Assembly: GCA_951406725.2 (NCBI GenBank)
Contig: OX597825.1
Coordinates: 64,914,001-64,978,000, forward strand
Source: Octopus vulgaris
Taxonomy: Eukaryota
Reading direction: 5' to 3'
DNA length: 64,000 nucleotides
Of the stretch, positions 1 through 11,579 are shown piece after piece. The notes under the pieces were generated by a model. The model did not search any database. It was not told the origin of the DNA and saw nothing but the letters and a program-made list of their open reading frames with translations. Position numbers and translations under genes: made by a program. Within the stretch, counting starts at the first letter, position 1; every line of letters starts with the position of its first letter.

Positions 1-185
1 TTGTTGCTGCTGATACGGTTACTTCTCTCTTTTTTTTGCTGCCTATACTTGTTTGAGGACCATACCTATAATAAAAAAAAACAATCCATATGTGACCACT
101 CCATGTTTTTTTAAATAAGCAGGTAACCCCGGGCTACTTTATCCAACGTCTATCTTTAAGGCGTTAAAGTGTTCATATATGAGAG

Positions 186-407
186 GCTGGCAGAAACGTT
201 AGCACGCCGGTCGAAATGCTTAGCGGTATTTCGTCTATCGTTACGTTCAGAGTTCAAATTCCGCCGAGGTCCACTTTGCCTTTCATCCTTTCGGGGTCGA
301 TAAATAAAGTACCAGTTTCGCACTGGAGTCGATGTAATCGACTTAATCCCTTTGTCTGTCCTTGTTTGTCCCCTCTATGTTTAGCCCCTTGTGGGCAGTA
401 AAGAAAT
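186..407 (+). mobile_element. SINE family C (tRNA-like head), near full length
   Basis: A-box-like TGGCAGAAACGTT and B-box GAGTTCAAATTCC; body GCCTTTCATCCTTTCGGGGTCGATAAATAAAGTACCAG shared by more than 10 copies in the window; 11-bp TSD ATATATGAGAG at 175-185 and 408-418. Confidence 0.9.
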
Positions 408-999
408 ATATATGAGAGAAATTTTGGCAGTTATTTATATTTAGTTGAGCGATCGCGCGAGGTTCGGCTTTTGTTCTTTCTTCTCGATGCAGTAGAGACT
501 GCCGAGGACGACAATCTTGTTGTTGCTATTCCCGTTGTTATTGCAGCTTCTGTGGTTGCAGTTGTTGATGATTTTGTTGCTGTAGTTCAAAATGCCTCGG
601 GTGCAACTGCTGTTGTTGCTACAATTGCATATGCACATGTTGCTCGGGATGTTGCACCTTACATTTCGAGATTGATTCTAATGTCGTTGTTTTCCTTGTT
701 ACAACTGATGTGATTGTTGTTGTTGTTATTGTTGTTGTTGTCGTCCTCGTCGTCGTCCTTGGTGTTGTTGTTGTTGCAGTTGTTGCTGCAAACATTGCTT
801 TACACCTTCTATAATTATACAATGGGAGATGTGAAACAATGGAGGGTAGCGGGGTGGAGGGTTAATAGAAAATTTGCGGATCTTGAGTAAAAGAAAAATT
901 TAAAGATAATGGAGATGAGAAAATAGACTGTTAGGAAAGAACAAGAAGAAGATGAGGAGAAAAAAGAAGTACGTAAATGGGCGGGAAAAATAAAACAGA

Positions 1000-1009
1000 T
1001 AATAATAAT

Positions 1010-1058
<49 letters not shown>

Positions 1059-1461
1059 TGTGTAAATTAAAGAAGGAGAATGGGTAAGCACGGGAATAAG
1101 GAATAAATGAATTACGTGTCGAAAGAACTGAAATAAAGGAAAATCTTAAGGAGGAAAAAGAGAAGAACCAGAAGTAGAAGAAGGGGAAGATTAAATGGAA
1201 ATGAAGGGGAGGAGATGGGGGATGAGTGTGAGAGGGGAGAGTAGAGAACAAGGGAAGTAGTAGTTTTAGAGCAACAACAACAGTAACAACACAAAACAAC
1301 AAATAACAACATCGGTAGCAGTTAAAGCAACAACAACAACAAGAAGAGCAGCAGCAAGAACAGAGAAGGGTATAAGTCAGTCGATTAAAAGAGGGAAAAA
1401 AAAGGAGGTGAAGATAAACTGCCAAATACGTAAATTACATCATGATGATGATGATGACGAC

Positions 1462-1508
<47 letters not shown>

Positions 1509-1538
1509 CGATGACGACGACGACGATGATGATGATGA
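1000..1538. repeat. (AAT)n tract, purine-rich low-complexity tract and (GAT/GAC)n microsatellite
   Basis: (AAT)n at 1000-1058 and (GAT)n at 1443-1538 are directly visible. Confidence 0.95.
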
Positions 1539-1842
1539 TAGAAGGAGAAGAAATCCAGTGAATCAATTTACAAAATAAAGCTGTTCTTTAATGTTCTTTT
1601 GTTTGGGGGAAGCTTTGTTAGAGATAAAGATGCTGAAAGGGCAACGTGAGTAATTACTTAGGGATTTCCAAGAGCATTTTGTACAGTTGTTCAGTACAAA
1701 CTCTGTCAAGGTCATCTTTTATATTTCCGCTGATATATTTATTAGTTAGAAAGGTGTCTTACGCAGGAGATTGTTTTTAAACGAAAAATGTGGTTGTTAG
1801 AACGGAAACGAAAAAGCGCGTTTTCAGATCATTGTTAACCTG

Positions 1843-2005
1843 GGCGTAGGAGTGGCTGTGTGGTAAGTAGCTTGATTACCAATCACATGGTTCCGAGTTC
1901 AGTCCCACTGCGTGGCACCTTCGGCAAGTGTCTTCTACTATAGCCTCGGGCCGACCAAAGCCTAGTGAGTGGATTTGGTATACAGAAACCGAAGAGAAAC
2001 CTGTC

Positions 2006-2091
<86 letters not shown>

Positions 2092-2310
2092 TTGTGTGTC
2101 TGTGTTTGTCCCCACCCCCAACGTCACTTGACAACCGATGTTGGTTTGTTTATGCCCCACCCCCGTAACTTAGCGATTCGGCAAAAGAGACCGATAGAAT
2201 AAGTACTAGGCTTACAAAGAATAAGTCCTGGGGGTCGATTTGTTCGACTAAAAGGCGGTGCTCCAGCATGGCCGCAGTCAAATGACTGAAACAAATAAAA
2301 GAGCAAAAGA
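1843..2310 (+). mobile_element. SINE family A, full length, with internal (TA)n(TG)n
   Basis: A-box GTGGCTGTGTGG and B-box GAGTTCAGTCCC; CORE-like GGCACCTT(G/C)GGCAAGTGTC; 3' tail (GTAAAAGA)n; nine copies in the window. Confidence 0.9.
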
Positions 2311-3135
2311 ACGATTAACAATACGACTATTACTTACCAAAACAAACCTACACACAATCACACACACGTACATACACACTAACATTCACACACTCACACA
2401 CACACATACACTCAAAAACACAAACACCCACACATACACCTACACACTCACATATATATATGCATAAAGAAAAGCTGATATTACTGTCAAATTCAAACGC
2501 ATCATATGTCACTGTGTTCATGATTAGCTGTATCTAGTCAAGCAATCGATTATCGATGTTTGTTTTCGAAGATAGGTGTGAATGTGGTTTGTTACATTCG
2601 GGTAATTTCTACGATAGCAGTGAGGGGAAATAATGTGAAGTATTTCCAACCTGAAAATCGAACTTACATTAATATTGATTTCTAATTTAGGCAGAAAGCC
2701 ACACACATTTTAACTACAAGTGTGCTACTAATACTACTACCACTAGCATCATTCTCATCATCAGGAGCAGCAGCAGCAACAGTAGCAGCAGTAGCAGTAG
2801 TAGTGGTAGTGGATGGTAGGTGTTAGATTGAATGGTTTATTGAACCGATGTAAATAAAAGGCAAAATCATCTCTACTGGGATTTGAACTCAGAGGAAAAA
2901 AAAAAAGCCAAGGGACATGAGTAAACTATGAAATGATTTTTTTTTGGCAAGTCTACCGATTCTGTTCTATTAATCTATAACCAGTATGTATTCGCTACAA
3001 CTCATTAGACACATACACAAGATATACAATTAGTGTTCATTCTTAATAGTATATTAGCTGTATAGGTTAGACATACTCACAGTAGATGCTCGTTCTAATT
3101 TGTTTGCCACATAGATGAGATATCATATCGTCAGT

Positions 3136-3428
3136 TACGTGGAGGCGCAATGGCCCAGTGGTTAGGGCAGCGGACTCGCGGTCGGAGGATCGCGGTTTCG
3201 ATTCCCAGACCGAGCGATTCCCAGACATGGCGATGTGTGTTTTAAAAGCCGACAGAATCGTTTGCAAGTCGGGCGAAATACCCAGCGGTATTTCGTCTGC
3301 CGCTGCGTTCTGAGTTCAAATTCCGCCGAGGTTGACTTTGCCTTTCATCCTTTCGGGGTCGATTAAATAAGTTTGTCTCTCCTTGTTTGTCCCCTCTGTG
3401 TTTAGACCCTTGTGGGTAGTAAAGAAAT
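3136..3428 (+). mobile_element. Chimeric SINE: family B tRNA(Arg)-like head fused to family C body
   Basis: One perfect 18-bp TSD, AGATATCATATCGTCAGT (3118-3135 and 3429-3446), brackets both parts. Confidence 0.85.
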
Positions 3429-3500
3429 AGATATCATATCGTCAGTAAAGCCTATCTGTAATTTACTTAATACATAAATGCGTTATTATATGGTCGGTAT

Positions 3501-3644
3501 GTTCTGAGTTCAAATTCCACCGAGGTCAATTTTGCCTTTCATCCTTTCATGGTCGATTAAATAAGTACCAGTTACGCACATAATTTCTTTGTCTGTCCTT
3601 GTTTGCCCCCTCTATGTTTAGACCCCTGCGGGTAATAAAGAAAT
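3501..3644 (+). mobile_element. SINE family C, 5'-truncated
   Basis: Matches the C body from GTTCTGAGTTCAAATTCC to AAAGAAATA; imperfect TSD TTATAT(G/C)GTC(G/T)GTATGT. Confidence 0.85.
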
Positions 3645-3670
3645 ATTTATATCGTCTGTATGTGTTCTTC

Positions 3671-3929
3671 GTGGAGGCGCGTGGCTTAGTGGTTAGGGTG
3701 TCAGCACCATGATCGTAAGATTGTGGTTTCGATTCCTGAACCGGGCGACGCGTTGTGTTCTTGAGCAAAACACTTCATTTCTCGTTGCTCTACTCAGCCG
3801 GCAAAAATGAGTAATGCTGCGATGGACTGGCGTCCCGTCCAGCTGGTGAACACACACGCCATAGAAACCGGGAAAACAGGTCCATGAGCCTGGCTAGTCT
3901 TTAAAATGGGCGCATTTAATTTTATTATT
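3671..3929 (+). mobile_element. SINE family D (tRNA head, CORE-like centre)
   Basis: A-box TGGCTTAGTGG and B-box GGTTTCGATTCC; CORE-like GTGTTCTTGAGCAAAACACTT; 12-bp TSD TATGTGTTCTTC at 3659-3670 and 3930-3941. Confidence 0.88.
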
Positions 3930-4771
3930 TATGTGTTCTTCAGTATTCATTAACTGCGCAGATAAAATACATAGTTAGTATGTGGCCTTAGTAGTTTATT
4001 AGACACATGACATTATATACTATACATATTCTCACGGATAAGAAGTTCTACGTTTGTATGTATTATTAAGAGTTTATCTAGAAACATTTAGATGTCGTAT
4101 ATATATGCTCTTTATATTCTGTTTAGGCACACAGATAAGAATGGCTATCACTATATGTTGTTATAGTCCATTATTAAAATAGGAGATAAGTTATTCTGTT
4201 AGTATGTTAGTATGTTCTTTGAAGTATATTAGACATATGAAAAATATGTTATAACATTGATATGTGTTTCTTATAGATTTTTTTGATACATAAGACAGAA
4301 GTTTCAGTATTAGACACATGAAACATTTAGCGTCAGTCCGGGTACGTTACAGCTTGTCAAACATGAGACTTTTTACCATCACTCCAACAGTCCATCAGTA
4401 TTTTTTCACAGTTTATATAACATAGGATAAAGTGTACTATCCACAAGCAATCTTTTTAGCATTTTTAACACGAAGATGCGATATTTTCCCGTCTTATAGT
4501 ATATTAGACACATACATTACTAGCTTAACTGTCAACTGAAAGCAAACTAAGAGTTCAGTATCTGATTTACATGTCTTATATATCCTATCCTATATATCAT
4601 AAAATTCAGTGTCTTTATAACACTGGATATAAACGAGATATACCATCAATAGGGGATCTTCTATATTTTATGAGTCATACAAGCGATTTATTATCAGAAG
4701 AGTACGTGTAGTATAGCGCTTTATGGCACAGTTAATGACATGACGTGGTACTATCAATAGGTATTATTTTA

Positions 4772-4916
4772 TAGATAGATAGATAGATGGATAAATGGGT
4801 AGATAGATGGATAGATAGATAGATGGATAGGTAGATAGATGGATAGATAGATGGATAGATGGATAGATAGATGGATAGATGGATGGATAGATGATAGATA
4901 GATAGATAGATACAGG

Positions 4917-4986
<70 letters not shown>
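4772..4986. repeat. (GATA/GATG)n microsatellite
   Basis: Directly visible. Confidence 0.97.
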
Positions 4987-4987
<1 letters not shown>

Positions 4988-5294
4988 TTAATATTACTAT
5001 GTGATCTTTGTGGCTTCGTAAGTACAGATGAATAATAAAACCTCTATGTGCATTTTATGTTATGTAAACCATATACATGAGATGAACTGTTTTAATGTGT
5101 TGCTTATGACATATATCGTTATAATTTATTGATAGATAGTTGAGAATTTGTATGGTTATAATATACTTTGTATATTTGTATGAGAATTTGTATGACAGCA
5201 ATATACTGTGCAATCCTTTAAGCACAGAGAAAACATTCTGTAGTTCCAATATATTTTCTTGGCTTACCCATTTACGTTGGAAATATGATAACTA

Positions 5295-5718
5295 GGGTGG
5301 TAAGCTCGCAGAAGTGTTAGCGCGCCGGGCAAAATGTTTTGGAGTATCTCTTCAGTGATTACGTTCTGTGTTCAAATTCTGCTGAGGTCTACTTTGCCCT
5401 CCATCATATTGGGGGCGAAAATACAAGTACCAGTTAAGCACTGGAGTCGATGTAATCAACTAATTCCCCTCCTCTGAAATTGCTGGACTAGAACCAAAAC
5501 TTGAATCCTATATAATAACTGGTATTCGGGCGGCCAGCATCGTTAGCACGCCGGGCGAAACACAGCAGTGTTTCTTCCGTCTTTACGTTCTGCGTTCAAA
5601 TTCCGTCGAGGTCTACTTGGCCCTTCATCATTTCGGGTCCAATAACATAAGTACCAGCTGAGCACTGGGGTTTACCTAATCCGCCAAAATGCTACCGCTT
5701 TGCTAAAATTTGAAACCA
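5295..5718 (+). mobile_element. Two adjacent diverged family C SINEs with an alternative 3' tail
   Basis: Copies at ~5295-5510 and ~5528-5718 have the C head and body but end in AAATTGCTGG...CCAAAA(T/C)TTGAA(A/T)CC rather than the TTTGTCTGTCC tail. Confidence 0.75.
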
Positions 5719-6317
5719 GTATAATAACAGATATACTTCAGCCAAGGAGCTACATTGCAGTAGAGAAATCCGATGAAAGCTGTTTCATCTATGGCCATCG
5801 AAACAGTCTTTTGAGAAGAATCTCGTAATATTTTATCTAATGTGTCTTATATATTTTCTAAAAGTAATATTTCCAGCAAGATTCCGACAACTACGCACAG
5901 ACTCCTTCCATGATCCATTATAATTGATGAAATATGCATTTAGCGGTCGCTAGATGAGTTCACGAAGCACATCAATCTTAGAACTATGAGGAGGGCGTAT
6001 AGAAAATTTCTGAACACAGCCTCTCAAATACTGAAATAACATGTGAAAATAAATAGATCTGAGAATAGCAGCTGCTTTTCTATATCGGTTGAGTATGTCA
6101 GACGAAATAGACTGTTGTATATCAACAGGAAGTGAATGCATGATATGTTCTGAGACAATGCAGAAATGAACTGGCACCAGAATACTCTGCTTTATTAGCA
6201 AACAACAAATGTGATGTTTGTTGCTTTATGACAGGACAAGAAATGTAATAAAGTGATAAGATGCCAAAATAAAGAAAATGCACACACATGCACACACACA
6301 AACGCACACACACACAC

Positions 6318-6643
<326 letters not shown>

Positions 6644-7099
6644 CATATGTATATATGTGTATGTGTGTGAGCGTATGCGTATAAATATACACACACACAA
6701 ACAAATGCTTATATGTAACAACTCACTGACTGAACAACAGGAAATATAACAAACGCAAACACGCCGCTCAATGTCTTACACACACATACGCAGACGTGCA
6801 CAGACACGCGTGCACACATGCACAATGGCAGCCTTGCGTGCATGTATATGTGGCACGTGTGGGTATGTGTGTACATACATTAGTACATTACATACATAAA
6901 CATATACACCGAGGAATAGTGAGAAGAGAGAGACAGAGAGACTGACAGACAGAGAGAGAGAACATGTGTATCCGTTATTGGTGATTGGATTGTTCTTGAT
7001 TATACGTTAGGAATAGTGACAGAGTTCTGGCATTATTTACATTTCAAATATTATGGTATTATGGATAAGTACATGAGTGCAAGCATGAATGCATTACAT

Positions 7100-7131
<32 letters not shown>

Positions 7132-7181
7132 TGACATAAATAACGCCATATCTAACCATATACCAATACTTGCGAGTGTAC

Positions 7182-7217
<36 letters not shown>

Positions 7218-7639
7218 GTATATATATATATATGTGTGTGTGTGTAAAATTAGAGACAGAAGCAGCGTTAATATCAATTTAACATAGATATCTTGTTAGA
7301 ACACTGAATACTGTACTATTAGCCTTGAAAGTGCCTTTTATCAGTGCATACATAGACAGTGGCAACCGAGAACTGTCTGCCATGGGTACCGAAATTCGCG
7401 TATCACGTAATTTCATTCTATTGCAAGTCATCAGCGTCAAGCGTCCAGCCACTGCATACATGTCAAATCTTACTGCTACCATATATATATATATATAGGA
7501 TACTACCATCTCTTCGGACACTGACGTCAAAATATAGCCACCACCAGATATACGGTATACATGCATGCAGCTTATCAGCACGCTTGTAGTGATTTCTTAT
7601 ACTGATAACAAAATAGTCAAAGGATAGTAAACATTATTT

Positions 7640-7835
7640 TGTAAATCTTGGCTCTGGAATTTCTGAGGGAGTTAAATAATTTGATTACATCGACCTCTGT
7701 GCTCAAGGGAAACTCATCTTATAGAGTCGGAAATGATTAAATGCAAAGTCAACCCCGGCGGAATTTGAACTCAGTACGTAAAAAACACTAAGCATTTTGC
7801 CCGTCGTGCTAACAATTCTGCCAACTCACTGCCTT
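7640..7835 (-). mobile_element. SINE family C, diverged, alternative tail
   Basis: Reverse complement of the C head and body: GGCGGAATTTGAACTCAG...CTAAGCATTTTGCCCG...TTCTGCCAACTC. Confidence 0.75.
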
Positions 7836-7895
7836 GAAAAAGGAGAGTACATATATTGTGCATAGATCTATTTCATTCAATACTTCGAAATCACA

Positions 7896-8736
7896 TCTTA
7901 CTATAATGGGCGTTTTATCCATCTGTCTGTCCGTCTGTCCGTTTCTTTGTCTGCTCCCTCTTCACGGCTAGACTGCTGGCCCAATGGTTACGATATTTTT
8001 CGGGATTCCAAAACGGTCGTAAGGAAGGTTTTAGACAATAAAAAATCAGAAAGTGTGATTATTATATCGATTTTTGAATTGATAAGCCACATTCGTATTT
8101 TTACGAGTAACTCTGGATTTTCATGGCATAGTTTGTGGTCCTCCCGTAGCTACGAAGTGGGTTCACGAGGACGGTTAAAATAAAAAAATAAAATGGAAAA
8201 TGTGTGTGTCAGTATATAGTGTGTGTGATTATTTAGTGGTTATTGAAGTGTGTTAGTCTCGAGCAGGATTCGAAACAGCTAATCGAAAAGGCTGATCAGA
8301 ATAATCCAGACATTATTCACATAGAACAGTGTGAGGTAAGTCTTAGTTTAATTTTATTGCAACCCTCATTCGTAGCAAACAAGGCACAGGGCCAAACTTT
8401 AGATCGTGTAGGTGTATATTTACCCACTCCGGCGTTTACAAACGGCCAGTTATTCGTTGCTCTGAGTAGAGTAACGGAGTGCATTGATTTGAAAATGACT
8501 GTCGATCAAACAGAAAATATTGCCTACAAAGATGTTTTGTAATCGTATTGATATTAACGAAAGGAATATGAGTCATAATCGAAATAAGGAACTTATAATT
8601 TGTGAACTTAAAATGTATAAGAGTATAAACAAGCATAAAATAGTGTGAACAACTAAAATAAAAGTATATCTAAATAGCATCATTTTTTCTTAATTCTTTT
8701 TATGTAGTGGTCGCTGGAAGCTCTGGCTATTGTTAG
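7896..8736 (+). mobile_element. Internally deleted Helitron carrying a RepHel PIF1-helicase C-terminal fragment
   Basis: 5' end A^TCTTACTATAAT followed by (CTGT/CCGT)n; helicase fragment inside; 3' boundary uncertain. Confidence 0.7.
8360..8542 (+). pseudogene. Helitron PIF1-like helicase C-terminus (motifs V-VI)
   Basis: NKAQGQTLDRVGVYLPTPAFTNGQLFVALSRV...TENIAYKDVL* matches the Helitron consensus NKAQGQT...VGIYL..PVFSHGQLYVALSRV...TxNIVYKEVL*. Confidence 0.85.
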
Positions 8737-9042
8737 GATTGATCCACATACAGAGGCTGGGAGCCTATTTCAGTTCGGTAGTGAATCGTCATCCCATGTC
8801 ACTTAGTCGCAAACACATGCCATATAGTTCCAACAGAATGCTGTATCACCAGCAATAATGTGATTTCTCTAAGACATCACCCAGTAATCTATCAAGTCCA
8901 TTTACGCATTTCTCAGTACATACTGCTGTTATGACTTTCCTCCCTCATTTTATGCCTCCATCGTAAATGTGTAGATTTGCTAGTAATAGTAATAATAATA
9001 TCCCAAAGTAACACTATATTTCTAAACTTACACGTATGTGTG

Positions 9043-9085
<43 letters not shown>

Positions 9086-9089
<4 letters not shown>

Positions 9090-9207
9090 TCGGCAAAAGA
9101 GACCGATAGAATAAATTCTGTGGTCAATTTGCTCGACTAAAGGCTGTGGTCCAGCATGGCCGCAGTCAAAATGACTGAATCAAATAAAAGAATAAAGGAA
9201 CAAAAGA

Positions 9208-9209
<2 letters not shown>
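9086..9209 (+). mobile_element. SINE family A, 3' fragment
   Basis: CGGTTCGGCAAAAGAGACCGATAG...CCAGCATGGCCGCAGTCAAA between two (TA)n tracts. Confidence 0.85.
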
Positions 9210-9266
<57 letters not shown>

Positions 9267-9402
9267 TGTACATACACTCACACATACATCAAGATGGGTC
9301 TCTAAGTCCTGAATGTATTGCAGCTTTATTTAACTTGCAATGCCTGTATATATATATGTATGTATATGTGTATACACACATAAATGCATATGTAGTTATG
9401 AT

Positions 9403-9448
<46 letters not shown>

Positions 9449-10014
9449 GAGAGAGAGGGTGGGGCAGAGAGAGACACACACGTGCGTTGTTAGTAGCAAA
9501 GGTGGTGGTTATTCTTATATCTATGTGCAAATTTATAGATATATTTTTGAAATATGTGCATACATCAACCGATACATCTACATATATAATCTTGACACCA
9601 GGATTATGATTGCTGTCATCATTCTCGCTATACTGTACAGAAGCATTGATAATTTCATGGTTACAGTACATACATGTCTACACGAGCAACTATTTATGAT
9701 ATCAGCGTATTTGTAACAATAAGTAGTTTGAATATATATACATGCATGTACATTTATATGTGTGAATTAATATACGTGTGATTTTGTGTGTGTGCGTTTG
9801 GGTACAAAAATCGATGAATTTGTCTGAGTACACCAAGTAATCCCTGCAGCTTTGCCTGTTGACACCTTGCCAATAATTCATTCTGTAAAGCTTCTGTAGA
9901 GACCCCATTTTCGTACTGACTAAATATGTCTTCCAGTGCAAATAACGTGTTAGTTACGAGTAAACAACTGAGAGAATTGAGAATTGTCAACGCCTTCTCT
10001 TTCTGCCATGACAT

Positions 10015-10560
10015 CCTCCTCCTTCTCCTTCTCCTTCTCCACATCCACTTCATTTTCTGTTCATCATCACTTCCCACTCTTTGTTCTACTCTCCTCTCTC
10101 TTTCTTTATTTATTCTCTTCTTTTCCTTTTTTTCATTTCTTTCCTCTTCGTTCCTTCTACTCATTTATCGTCTGCTTCTTTCCCTCTTTTTTATCTGCCC
10201 CATTCAATTCTTCTTCATCTCATTCTGTTTCATATTTACCTCATTCTTCTTCATCTCCTTTCCATCATTTTCTTCCTACTCTTTTCCCCACCCCTCTTTC
10301 TTTTATCTACGTTTCATTCTTCTGTTTCTTTTTCTTCTTTACCTTGTTCCTCTTACCATTCTTTTCCACCCCCAGTTTTTTTTTTGTTATCTTTCCTGAC
10401 ACTTCTTGCCAACCTTTTCTTCATCAATTTCATTCTGCGTTTTTTTTTTCTTCTTCTTGTTTACTTGTCCGCCTTTATCATCTTCCTCTTTTTTCATTTT
10501 CCTAATTTTCATTTTTTCCTATTAAGTTACGTTTTTCTTTATACATTTCTTCTAGTCTTT
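10015..10560. repeat. Pyrimidine-rich low-complexity tract
   Basis: Plus strand is overwhelmingly C/T for about 550 bp. Confidence 0.9.
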
Positions 10561-11579
10561 ATCAATACGTATCAATACGCCCCACAATCAGTGAAGTGGT
10601 TGGGCTAAATGCCATACCATACGAGTTACGTCTTTTGTATTTTCAATTCAAATTTTTATTCCGAGGTCGACTTTACATTTCCTGATTCTGACATCGAAAG
10701 TAAAAGAAATCGTTATATACAGTGTATATGTCATCAGTTGCGATTCTCCTAAATAATATTCTGGCTATGTCCCTACATAGAATCATGGTGTTGCTTAACA
10801 TCTGCTCAGTGCTTAGTGAAATGTCCAATGATCTATGCCTTCCCGGCCGCGTTATCCTGTCTCTCACAGCTGTGTGAGGTTGTGCTATCTAATGTATTAT
10901 AAAAGACCAATAGCTTACTCTTCGAGGAAAATTTGGCTACCATGTTTTGAATGTTCATTAGTCAACCGTATAAGATACTGCCAGGAACACATCGATAGTT
11001 TGTTTTTTTATAAGTTCTAGACAGAAAGAAAAGTGGGGGTGGTGATGAAAGAGCTCTTTCCCAGTGCATTTGAGGAAAGGCGGATGACTGGCAAAAACGG
11101 TTTGGATGAATAGACCTCTAAGAATGCACCTGTAGACTGAAGGTCAACAGTTGTGCTAGGGCTCGTGTATTTGCAGTCTACAGCTAATTTTGTATCTGTG
11201 AGTTTCCCTTAATGGCTCAAGTTGGAGCTCATCCTGCATCAGAAACATTTCATTATTCATATGTTCTCATACCTTGTATGCTATTTATACTTTCATCTCT
11301 TTTTACCGTCTTTTTGCCTTCTTTCCTCATCTTTTTTATGCAACCCCCGCCCCATACAAAGGCTCCGTATATTTTACCCTGTGGCAATAATAACCATCGA
11401 ATAACCAACTAGAGGAGGCGTCCTCGTGGGGTTAAAATGGTAGTAACGTCAGTTCTTCTGGAACAGCTATGTTGAAGTGACGATAAACATTATTCTCTGC
11501 ATAGTTACTACTTGAATCTCGGGATTGGATTGTGAACACGCATAATCGTTTGATCAACAGATAGAATGATTACTGATAA

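Larger units (their letters stand above)
2970..5120. repeat. Cryptic, highly diverged ~50-bp tandem repeat, interrupted by SINEs and (GATA)n
   Basis: TTAGACACAT-like motif recurs at ~3004, 3999, 4123, 4228, 4309 and 4504, usually followed by GATAAG...GTATGTGTTCTT...AGT at about 50-bp spacing. Confidence 0.55.

Noticed and set aside
216-401. ORFs within SINEs, including the recurring SVSVYQIHSQGFGRPEAIVEDTC peptide
   Set aside because: These are sense or antisense translations of non-coding SINE copies; recurrence reflects the repeat.
471-822. Val/Ala-rich and Thr-rich ORFs
   Set aside because: Degenerate (GTT/GCT)n cryptic repeat.
3140-3215. tRNA-Arg-like sequence (also the heads at 1843, 3671, 15380 and 59436)
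   Set aside because: These are SINE heads with A/B boxes; there is no intact acceptor stem and they continue into SINE bodies.
5765-5812. CCGATGA...GAAACAGTC
   Set aside because: No stem II or stem III; a competing local hairpin explains it.
5950-6201. 83-aa minus-strand ORF of normal composition
   Set aside because: No recognisable motif, non-ATG start and no convincing splice signals.
8745-8960. Possible LINE endonuclease relic (HIIAGD on minus)
   Set aside because: A single short motif, too degenerate to support.
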